From the IMG/VR virus record IMGVR_UViG_3300045988_054691, positions 1-42,628 of that record: a stretch of 42,628 nucleotides of DNA. One strand, 5' to 3'. Below, piece after piece: positions 6,107-12,600 of the stretch. This DNA comes from a virus. The notes under the pieces are model-generated. The model was not told the origin of the DNA. It did no database searches and worked only from the letters and a program-made list of their open reading frames with translations. Each line of letters opens with the position of its first letter. Within the stretch, counting starts at the first letter, position 1. The translations under genes and the position numbers were made by a program.

Positions 6107-7444
6107 ATGGCACATTTATTTATTATCGCTGGTCATGGCGCCGGTGATTGCGGAGCAGTAGGATACGGATATACGGAGGCAGAGCGTGTACGTGCGCTCG
6201 CTTCCAGATTATCAGCATTAGGCGGTGGAAATGTCACGGTCGCTGATATGAACCGGAACTGGTACGCAGACAATGGAATCATGAGCCTTAATATTCCGAA
6301 AGATTGGCAGATATTAGAGTTGCACATGGACAGCGCAGGAGCTTCGGCAAAGGGCGGTCATGTTATTATCAATTCCGCTTACAGCGCAGACCAGTATGAC
6401 ACGGCACTGGCAAGCTTTATCGGCTCGTTCTTCCCGGGGCGTGCAAAAAATATCGTTCCGAGAAGTGACCTCGCCAACCCGAACAGGGCTGCCGCAAGAG
6501 GATATAGCTATCGACTTCTGGAAAACGGCTTCATTACCAATTCTGGCGATCTGAATAAATTCAACAGTCAGATGGATGATCTGGCAAGAGGTATCCTTAA
6601 TGCATTCGGCATCGCTACGGCATCTCCGGCAAAAGAGGATTCTGACGGCAAGGTAACATCTGGTGGAACATCTCAGGACTCCGTACAGCATTACGGTAAG
6701 GTATCTTACCAGTCACATATCCGTGACATCGGCTGGGCGTGCTGGCAGTCTGATGGTCGTATGTCAGGAACGACAGGACAGAACCGGAGAATCGAAGCGT
6801 TCCGTCTTGTTCCTGTCGGAGAAACAGACGTGGTAGTGCATATCAAGGATGTAGGCGACAAAGAGTTTAAAAACATTAACAAAGACACAATCCTTGGCAC
6901 TACAGGACAGAACAAACGTATCGAAGCAATCAAGATTACCGGTAAAGAAACAAACTATGCTTACAGAGTACACCAGAAAAATATCGGTTGGAGTGCATGG
7001 ACATTTAACGGTAATTGGTGTGGGGTAAAAGGAGAGAAACTACAGATTGAAGCAATCGAGATAACAAAAGCGAAATTCCTTGTAGCTCCATATGTACAAA
7101 ATAAAGGTTGGCTACAAGATTCTGTATGTAACAATGCTGTCGGAATAACAGGACATAATTTACGTTTAGAAGCATTTAAAATCAATCCTTTAGGCATGGA
7201 TATTGGTGTTAAAGCACATATACAGGATAAAGGTTGGGTTGATTATGGAACAATAAACAAAGATACTGTTATCGGCACAACAAATGAGAGCAAACGTATA
7301 GAATGCTTATGTTTTAAAGGTGACTTTGAATATAGAGTACATATTCAAAACAGTGGCTGGACTAATTGGACAAAAGCTGATGGAGTAGCAACACTCGGAA
7401 CTGTAGGACAGGCATTAAGAATTGAAGCTATTCAGTTTAGATAA
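6107..7444 (+). CDS. endolysin: N-acetylmuramoyl-L-alanine amidase (Amidase_3-like) plus six ChW repeats
   Basis: The N-terminal IIAGHGAGDCGAVG ... ELHMDSA ... LENGFITN fits the amidase_3 pattern. The C-terminal half carries six ~45-aa repeats with ..H.....GW......G...GTTGQ..RIEA..I, matching the clostridial hydrophobic-W repeat. Confidence 0.85.
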   Translation: MAHLFIIAGHGAGDCGAVGYGYTEAERVRALASRLSALGGGNVTVADMNRNWYADNGIMSLNIPKDWQILELHMDSAGASAKGGHVIINSAYSADQYDTALASFIGSFFPGRAKNIVPRSDLANPNRAAARGYSYRLLENGFITNSGDLNKFNSQMDDLARGILNAFGIATASPAKEDSDGKVTSGGTSQDSVQHYGKVSYQSHIRDIGWACWQSDGRMSGTTGQNRRIEAFRLVPVGETDVVVHIKDVGDKEFKNINKDTILGTTGQNKRIEAIKITGKETNYAYRVHQKNIGWSAWTFNGNWCGVKGEKLQIEAIEITKAKFLVAPYVQNKGWLQDSVCNNAVGITGHNLRLEAFKINPLGMDIGVKAHIQDKGWVDYGTINKDTVIGTTNESKRIECLCFKGDFEYRVHIQNSGWTNWTKADGVATLGTVGQALRIEAIQFR

Positions 7445-7456
7445 ACGGATAGTTGA

Positions 7457-7579
7457 GAAGCTATTGCAAAAGAAGTCATTCGGGGTGACTGGGGGAATGG
7501 TCAGGAACGAACTGACCGCCTGAAGGCTGTGGGTTACAGTCCTACAGCTGTACAGAAAAGGGTCAACGAATTAGTATAA
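7457..7579 (+). pseudogene. vestigial CW_7-like cell-wall-binding repeat, in frame behind two stop codons
   Basis: It is in the same frame as the endolysin, which reads ...FR* TDS* EAIAKEVIRGDWGNGQERTDRLKAVGYSPTAVQKRVNELV*. The pattern GxWGNGxxRxxxLxxxGYxxxxVQxxVNxL is the Cpl-7-type repeat as I remember it. Confidence 0.55.
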
Positions 7580-7592
7580 CAGATGGTTCAGT

Positions 7593-7618
7593 GGTGGCAT
7601 TGCCACCGACTTGCCACC
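7593..7618. repeat. TTGCCACC repeat cluster (putative integrase arm-type sites, left)
   Basis: GGTGGCA (7593-7599, inverted), TTGCCACC at 7600-7607 and at 7611-7618. The two direct copies are 11 bp apart. Confidence 0.5.
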
Positions 7619-7825
7619 ATTGCAGACATACAACACAAGAATGTGCAAGGCGGTAAAGTCTGAACTATTAAAAAATACTTGATTTTATAGGCTATTTGAG
7701 AATGTACAAAGCTGTACAAGGATTTAAAAACAGAACACTTAACAAAGTGTGCATGTTGAGACAGTCTGTTTATTATCACGTAAATAAGCGGTTTTACAGG
7801 CTTTTATAAGTGGAGTTCAGTCTAT

Positions 7826-7844
7826 TTGCCACCCATTTGCCACC
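7826..7844. repeat. TTGCCACC repeat cluster (putative integrase arm-type sites, right)
   Basis: TTGCCACC at 7826-7833 and 7837-7844, again 11 bp apart. It lies about 210 bp from the left cluster and next to the 3' end of int. Confidence 0.5.
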
Positions 7845-7877
7845 GTAATTTTTAAAATTATCACTGAACAAAGAAAA

Positions 7878-7915
7878 GGGAGTGAACACGCTGAACAATT
7901 ATCGGATTCACTCCC
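7878..7915. terminator. bidirectional hairpin terminator downstream of int
   Basis: GGGAGTGAA (7878-7886) pairs with TTCACTCCC (7907-7915). It is flanked by an A-run on the left and a T-rich run on the right, so a U-tract follows on either strand. Confidence 0.6.
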
Positions 7916-7926
7916 AATATTTTTAT

Positions 7927-9201
7927 TTATGACGTTTTTGCTTGTGTGATTTTTTCAAAGAGATCAACAGAACGTTCAGCCATCTTTTCAGTATCATGCA
8001 CGTAGGTCTGCAATGTGGTTTCTATGTTGGTGTGTCCTAATCGTGTCTGAACATTCTTAACATCAGCACCGGATTCAATCAACAGTGTTGCGTGTGTATG
8101 CCTTAAGCTGTGATAATCAAAAGCAAGATGCATTTCATGGTGTATAACCCTACTGCAATACTTAAATGAATCAGTGGAAGTATACTGACCGTTTTCATCA
8201 ATACACACCAACCTGATACGCTGTAGTGGACTTTCAACACATTTTTGAATTGGTACAACCCTGATCATGTCATTACCCTTTTCATCAGTTTCAATCTTTT
8301 TAACATGAATCGTGTAATATTCACCATACTTCATTTCATTCCTAAGCTGTTCAGCTTTTTCCTGTTTCAATGCCTGATATAGTGTTTCACCAAAAGGGAC
8401 TTCACGAATGGAAGTAAAGGTTTTTGGTGTAGTAAAGTACCAAGATGAACGCTGTTCTTTCTTACCTTTCTTTTCAACAACCTTTCTTACATCTGCACCA
8501 AAGTTACGTTTTACAATCTGCTTATTTACAGATATTTTTCTTTTATCAAAATCAATATCATCCCAAGTAAGACCAAAGGTTTCTGATATTCGTAAGCCTG
8601 TATAAAATCCAATCATTAAAGGTATATAGTACCGGGTGTTTTGAAATCTGTCACGAATTTTACACCATTCATCTAATGTCAGTACAATTCGTTCACGTGG
8701 TTTTCTTTCAACCTTTGGAAATTTCACATATTGCATGGGGTTAGACTGTAAATAGTGCATTGGTTCAACTGCATAATTCAGTGCAGCACTGAATACAGAC
8801 AAAATACCAACTAAATGACTTTTTGAATTACCGTTCATTTTAAGTTCAACTGCATATTCCTGTAATACTGCCGGAGTGATTGCTTTTAATCTATACATAC
8901 CAAATTTTGGAATTAGATGCCCTTGAATGATTCTTAAATACCCTACTTGGGTGTTATATTTAAGGTTGGTCTTACAGTACAGATCAAACCACTGATTCAG
9001 GTAATCAGCAACCGTTATTTCTGTCGGTTCAAATACAGTTCCGGCATTATTGTATTCATTCATAGCAGCAGTCAATGCCTGTTCAGCTTCTTTCTTGGTT
9101 CTGAATCCACCCTTTTCTTTTTTCTTTCTTTTACCGTCAATTTTTCCAAGGTCAAAATAATATGACCATGTTGTACCTCTTTTTCTTACTCCACCTTGCA
9201 T
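7927..9201 (-). CDS. int: tyrosine integrase (phage integrase family)
   Basis: The C-terminal catalytic region reads ...GLRISETFGLTWDDID...HSLRHTHATLLIESGADVKNVQTRLGHTNIETTLQTYVH (R..HxxR..Y pattern). I chose the ATG at 9201 with AAAGGAAG upstream rather than the GTG at 9210 used in the ORF track. Confidence 0.9.
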   Translation of the reverse strand: MQGGVRKRGTTWSYYFDLGKIDGKRKKKEKGGFRTKKEAEQALTAAMNEYNNAGTVFEPTEITVADYLNQWFDLYCKTNLKYNTQVGYLRIIQGHLIPKFGMYRLKAITPAVLQEYAVELKMNGNSKSHLVGILSVFSAALNYAVEPMHYLQSNPMQYVKFPKVERKPRERIVLTLDEWCKIRDRFQNTRYYIPLMIGFYTGLRISETFGLTWDDIDFDKRKISVNKQIVKRNFGADVRKVVEKKGKKEQRSSWYFTTPKTFTSIREVPFGETLYQALKQEKAEQLRNEMKYGEYYTIHVKKIETDEKGNDMIRVVPIQKCVESPLQRIRLVCIDENGQYTSTDSFKYCSRVIHHEMHLAFDYHSLRHTHATLLIESGADVKNVQTRLGHTNIETTLQTYVHDTEKMAERSVDLFEKITQAKTS

Positions 9202-9296
9202 AAATAGCACTTCCTTTCATTGAAACCATAAGGAATGAATGCTATAATGGTTTTTGCATAGTCCAAATCATTTCATTCCTTTGGTTTGGTTTTGCT

Positions 9297-9332
9297 GACC
9301 CTGACCGCTGCAACGGTTGGGGTCGTTTTTTT
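9297..9332 (+). terminator. plus-strand hairpin plus T7 tract upstream of (antisense to) int
   Basis: GACCCTGACCG...CGGTTGGGGTC followed by GTTTTTTT. No plus-strand gene ends here. Confidence 0.45.
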
Positions 9333-9335
9333 ACT

Positions 9336-9526
9336 GGTTACACTTGGTTACGCTTTAGTTACGGTTGAGGTTACAGTTATATTACCTTGATTTACAAGGT
9401 GGTTACACTTGTCTACGGTTCATCACAAGTTCTTTATATAACGCTTATATAAATAAAAAAAATAAAGTATAAAAAGTAAAATATATAAGATATAGATTTT
9501 AAGTGTAACCGTAACCAACCGTAACC
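9336..9526. promoter_or_regulatory. iteron / AT-rich module A (GGTTACNNTT repeats)
   Basis: Direct units lie at 9336, 9346, 9357, 9369, 9401 and 9411 (GGTTACACTT, GGTTACGCTT, AGTTACGGTT, GGTTACAGTT, GGTTACACTT, GTCTACGGTT). A palindrome ACCTTGATTTACAAGGT spans 9384-9400. An ~80-bp AT-rich core follows. Inverted units AAGTGTAACC, AACCGTAACC and AACCGTAACC lie at 9501-9526. The module is homologous to 25011..25275. Confidence 0.7.
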
Positions 9527-9533
9527 GCAAAAA

Positions 9534-10169
9534 CTACAATTGAACTGTTATTTTATACGATCTACCTGACTTTTCTCTGTTGATTTTCCCGGTTTCACCC
9601 CATTCATACAAAAGTGACTGAATTTCAAGTTTTGCAATAGGGTTAAAATGTTTATATACATCCGATTGTAGAATACCGTTGTTATCGTTAAGAAAATCCA
9701 TCAAATCACTTGGAAGTGTAGAAAGTAACTTTTGTTTGAGTTCATACTCTTTTTGCATTTCAACCCACTTTGTTGATAAATCTTCTAATTCTTCTTTACG
9801 TATGTTGAAATATTCATCCTTTATTAGTATCGTATTACACCAACATTCAAAATTTTTACCTTTAGATGAACACAGCCTTTTTACATCTTCCATATAACGA
9901 ACAAATGACTTTAAAGCAGAGTACAATTCTTTTGGTGACTTATTTCTTGCATCAATCCAGATGTCCATAAAGTATGAAAATTCTTTTTCTATCGGTTCTA
10001 TAAATTCTTTATTGTGTGTAACCCAACCGAAAGGAAGATCAGTATCATCCTCTGTGGTATCAGATTCAGGTGTGTCTCCTACCTCTTCCCATTCAATCTG
10101 TAGCGATGATGGTTGGTGTTCTGGTTTTTTCTTAGGTTTGTCTTTTTTGAATAAATTTAAAAATCCCAT
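9534..10169 (-). CDS. hypothetical 211-aa protein in the int-cI accessory slot
   Basis: I chose the ATG at 10169 (MGFLNLFKKDKPKKK...) with AGAGAGG upstream. The longer 270-aa ORF would overlap the plus-strand HTH gene. It has an acidic low-complexity N-terminal part, and the C-terminal ~60 aa look winged-helix-like. I recognise no family. Confidence 0.55.
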   Translation of the reverse strand: MGFLNLFKKDKPKKKPEHQPSSLQIEWEEVGDTPESDTTEDDTDLPFGWVTHNKEFIEPIEKEFSYFMDIWIDARNKSPKELYSALKSFVRYMEDVKRLCSSKGKNFECWCNTILIKDEYFNIRKEELEDLSTKWVEMQKEYELKQKLLSTLPSDLMDFLNDNNGILQSDVYKHFNPIAKLEIQSLLYEWGETGKINREKSGRSYKITVQL

Positions 10170-10218
10170 TTCAAAAACCTCTCTTATAATTTTCTTGATA
10201 TCCGGGAACAATAACCCT

Positions 10219-10416
10219 ATGAAGATATTATTGTCCAAAATCATATACGAAAGAAATTTGTCTGTTCGGCAGCTATCCATCATGTCCGGTGTTCCAAAAT
10301 CCACAATCCATGAAGACATGAATGAGGATTCAAATCCGAAAATCAAGACACTGGAACAACTCGCCTATGGTCTGAATTGTCGGATAACAGACTTGTTTGA
10401 GTCAAATGTAAAATAA
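10219..10416 (+). CDS. XRE-family helix-turn-helix protein (65 aa)
   Basis: MKILLSKIIYERNLSVRQLSIMSGVPKSTIHEDMNEDSNPKIKTLEQLAYGLNCRITDLFESNVK has the classic HTH_3 pattern. Only the last 65 codons of ORF 9961..10416 look coding. Confidence 0.7.
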   Translation: MKILLSKIIYERNLSVRQLSIMSGVPKSTIHEDMNEDSNPKIKTLEQLAYGLNCRITDLFESNVK

Positions 10417-10528
10417 ATGTCCGGCTAACCGGACGATTATCCTCTGACTGACCTTTTCACACATTAAAGCGTTATAATAAATATAACAAAAAAAACGCAC
10501 AGAAACAGAACAAACGTTCGAGAAAATA

Positions 10529-10557
10529 TTGATTTCCTGTGAATACTGATGTATCAT
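10529..10557 (+). promoter_or_regulatory. sigma70-like promoter
   Basis: TTGATT (10529-10534), a 17-nt spacer, then TATCAT (10552-10557). It lies upstream of the small ORF 10608..10709. Confidence 0.45.
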
Positions 10558-10607
10558 ATATTCAGGGTGAAGCGAACGGGTGTTCCGTTTCGGAAGGAGG
10601 TCTACAT

Positions 10608-10709
10608 ATGGATTACAAAAAACTTATAATTGATATGCTGAACGAAGTAAGTGAAACACAGTTAAGACATGTGTATTACTTCATCAGAGGGATGTTAGGA
10701 CTGAAATAA
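10608..10709 (+). CDS. 33-aa hypothetical peptide
   Basis: GGAAGGAGG lies at 10592-10600. The sequence is MDYKKLIIDMLNEVSETQLRHVYYFIRGMLGLK. A hairpin and T-run follow. Confidence 0.4.
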   Translation: MDYKKLIIDMLNEVSETQLRHVYYFIRGMLGLK

Positions 10710-10724
10710 ATCAGTCCTTTTTTG
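10697..10724 (+). terminator. rho-independent terminator (overlaps the 3' end of the repressor gene)
   Basis: AGGACTGA (10697-10704) pairs with TCAGTCCT (10711-10718), followed by TTTTTT. Confidence 0.55.
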
Positions 10725-11079
10725 TCTGTATGGAATCAAGAAAATCTTCCAATACTTTCCATCCGTTATCGTCCAGAGCTGCAAGTCCTGAAATTAACCT
10801 TTTTTTAAAAGAATCATCTTCCTCACCCATCACCTGACCGACAAACTGTGCAATCTCATCATCGTAAGACATTTCTACGAACATTTCACCCTCACCGGTT
10901 CTCAGCCAGTTTTCATTGACATTAAATTCCCTACATATTGATACGATAATTGCATCAATCGGTGTATTTCTGCCTGTTTCGTAATTTGCTAAAGAGTTTC
11001 GTTTTATTCCAATCCTGTCTGCAAATTCCTGTTGAGTCATATCTAATTCTTTTCTTAATTTCTTAAGACGTTCGTTCAT
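10711..11079 (-). CDS. CI-like repressor (XRE HTH, N-terminal DNA-binding domain)
   Basis: MNERLKKLRKELDMTQQEFADRIGIKRNSLANYETGRNTPIDAIIVSICREFNVNENWLRTGEG is a typical phage-repressor HTH_3. It is transcribed divergently from the early operon. Confidence 0.85.
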   Translation of the reverse strand: MNERLKKLRKELDMTQQEFADRIGIKRNSLANYETGRNTPIDAIIVSICREFNVNENWLRTGEGEMFVEMSYDDEIAQFVGQVMGEEDDSFKKRLISGLAALDDNGWKVLEDFLDSIQTKKD

Positions 11080-11104
11080 TTTCTCACCTCTCTTTCTGTT
11101 ACTA

Positions 11105-11133
11105 ATTATACCGCATTCTTATAAGAAATACAA
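11105..11133 (-). promoter_or_regulatory. repressor-maintenance-type promoter (minus strand)
   Basis: On the minus strand: TTGTAT (11133-11128), a 17-nt spacer, then TATAAT (11110-11105). It lies about 25 nt upstream of the repressor RBS GAGAGGTGAG. Confidence 0.6.
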
Positions 11134-11142
11134 TAGAAAAAT

Positions 11143-11180
11143 GTGCTAACAGCAACAAAAAGTGCTAAAAACAACAAAAA
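11143..11180. repeat. tandem 19-bp operator-like repeats (GTGCTAA-N-CAACAAAAA)
   Basis: GTGCTAACAGCAACAAAAA (11143-11161) and GTGCTAAAAACAACAAAAA (11162-11180) match at 17 of 19 positions. Inverted TAGCAC copies lie at 11202-11207, inside the early-promoter spacer, and at 11411-11417. Confidence 0.55.
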
Positions 11181-11185
11181 TATTG

Positions 11186-11214
11186 TTGACAAATGTCTGT
11201 ATAGCACATATAAT
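11186..11214 (+). promoter_or_regulatory. early lytic promoter (consensus sigma70)
   Basis: TTGACA (11186-11191), a 17-nt spacer, then TATAAT (11209-11214). It is divergent from the repressor promoter. Confidence 0.75.
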
Positions 11215-11620
11215 AGTCTCATAAGCAACAGAGCAAGCAGGAAAAACCGGGTGAAGCGATAGGGCTACACACAAGTAACATGGTAGTTATGCTGACAAAT
11301 GTATCAGACAGAGTGTGTGAAGAATAAACATGACCCGGCAAAACAGTTGAAGAAAGTAGGAACTGTAGGACAAGAAAGCAAAGTGAGCTGTACTAATTGA
11401 AGAAAACAGTTTAGCACTAGCCAATAGTGACTTTACTCCTTAACCAAGAAGCAGTTAAACGGAAGAATCAACGAGCGAGAGGACACAGTACTTTGTTGTT
11501 TATGTAACCAGCTTCCGGTCACTCAGACCATCCATTGCCTGACCGGAAGTATAAAAAAGAGAATGAAATGATAATTGGAAAAACCAAAGGAATGAAATTT
11601 ATATAAGTGAGGTGTGCGGA

Positions 11621-11812
11621 ATGAAGAAGTATTTGATTATTTTCACAGAACGGTTTCCTGAATGTTATGAAGGAACAAGACAATATTGCAAGACTGTTGA
11701 CACTAAAGCAGAGGTCAAAGAAGAAATCAGAAAGTTGGAAGAATCACCGTTTACAGTTTCTTTTACAGTGTATCAAATTGGAGAATATGGACTGATGACG
11801 GTTGTTGAATAA
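11621..11812 (+). CDS. hypothetical early protein (63 aa)
   Basis: ATG at 11621 with AGTGAGGTG upstream. It is the first ORF of the early operon. I recognise no family. Confidence 0.5.
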   Translation: MKKYLIIFTERFPECYEGTRQYCKTVDTKAEVKEEIRKLEESPFTVSFTVYQIGEYGLMTVVE

Positions 11813-11882
11813 GCCGAAACGGTCAGCAATGACCGTCTGCCGGGAATGACCACCCGGTACTGATGATGGCAGGTCAGAAAGG

Positions 11883-12137
11883 ATGGTGAAAAGAATGGAG
11901 AGGAATGATTATCTTGTGGAACTACTTGGGAAAAAGGAAGCCGCAAGACTGAAAGAAGCCTTGAGAAGTGGAAAAACAATCGTTGTCAAAGGAGAACAGA
12001 AATCAGGAAAAACAACATTGACAAAAGTGTTGAACAACGCTGGATATCATGCAGTAGAGGACTTTGCAGTACATGAAGTCATTTTAAAAGAACCCATTAA
12101 AAACATGATACCCAACATGTCAGGGACTATTTCCTAA
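11883..12137 (+). CDS. small protein with a Walker-A-like motif
   Basis: GEQKSGKTT fits GxxxxGK[ST]. At 84 aa it is too short for a complete ATPase domain. The start codon is uncertain (ATG 11883 or 11895). Confidence 0.45.
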   Translation: MVKRMERNDYLVELLGKKEAARLKEALRSGKTIVVKGEQKSGKTTLTKVLNNAGYHAVEDFAVHEVILKEPIKNMIPNMSGTIS

Positions 12138-12381
12138 AGGCTGGTGACCGGCTGGAAATATTGAAAATCCAATTAATATCGTTTGGATTTCTCACTTTAA
12201 AACCGTGTTCAACCATGACTTCTTTGAAATCGTCATTGGTGACATAGAAACCACATTCATCTGCTTCAAAGATATGTTTCAAACCGTAGGAAGTTTTTCT
12301 ATCGTTGAAGGATTTAATGGGAATCAGGTTAAAAGTAATCCAGTCATACAAAATGTCATGTTCTCTTTTGGTTAGTTCCAT
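12127..12381 (-). CDS. hypothetical protein, opposite strand to the early operon
   Basis: Strong RBS GAGGGGGTG upstream of the ATG at 12381. The translation (..SYGLKHIFEADECGFYVTNDDFKEVMVEHGF..) looks like a genuine globular protein. Confidence 0.6.
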   Translation of the reverse strand: MELTKREHDILYDWITFNLIPIKSFNDRKTSYGLKHIFEADECGFYVTNDDFKEVMVEHGFKVRNPNDINWIFNISSRSPAFRK

Positions 12382-12438
12382 AACAACACCCCCTCTCTAA
12401 CAGAGAGTATATCACAACAATGAAAGGAAGTGGAATAT

Positions 12439-12600
12439 ATGTCAGAAGAACAGAAGAAGATCATCAAAGACCTTGCAGATAAGTTACCATCCATGACAGA
12501 GCGTGAACGTGGTTATCTGGAAGGAACGATTGCAACAGCAGCCGCAATGAGTAAGAAAGATAAAGAAGGTGAAAAGAATGAATGTGTTGATCCCCATTAA
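12439..12600 (+). CDS. 53-aa hypothetical protein
   Basis: AAAGGAAGTGG lies at 12423-12433. The sequence is MSEEQKKIIKDLADKLPSMTERERGYLEGTIATAAAMSKKDKEGEKNECVDPH. It overlaps the start of the antirepressor gene. Confidence 0.45.
   Translation: MSEEQKKIIKDLADKLPSMTERERGYLEGTIATAAAMSKKDKEGEKNECVDPH

Noticed and set aside
7588-7779. 63-aa minus-strand ORF in the lysin-int intergenic region
   Set aside because: It has no RBS and a low-complexity, odd composition. It lies in the putative attP region between the TTGCCACC repeat clusters.
7620-7825. A tRNA-derived attP core, or any tRNA gene in the window
   Set aside because: No T-loop-like GGTTCGAATCC-type segment or cloverleaf-compatible sequence was visible here or elsewhere. 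A tRNAscan run would settle it.
9961-10218. The N-terminal 86 codons of ORF 9961..10416, and the N-terminal 59 codons of ORF 9534..10346
   Set aside because: These extensions overlap each other on opposite strands and have implausible composition. Internal ATGs with RBSs (10219 and 10169) give two clean, non-overlapping divergent genes.
11511-11549. A 10-bp hairpin considered as the terminator of a short early RNA
   Set aside because: No U-tract follows it on the plus strand, and on the minus strand the T-run precedes the stem. It is therefore not an intrinsic terminator. I keep it only as part of the structured leader.
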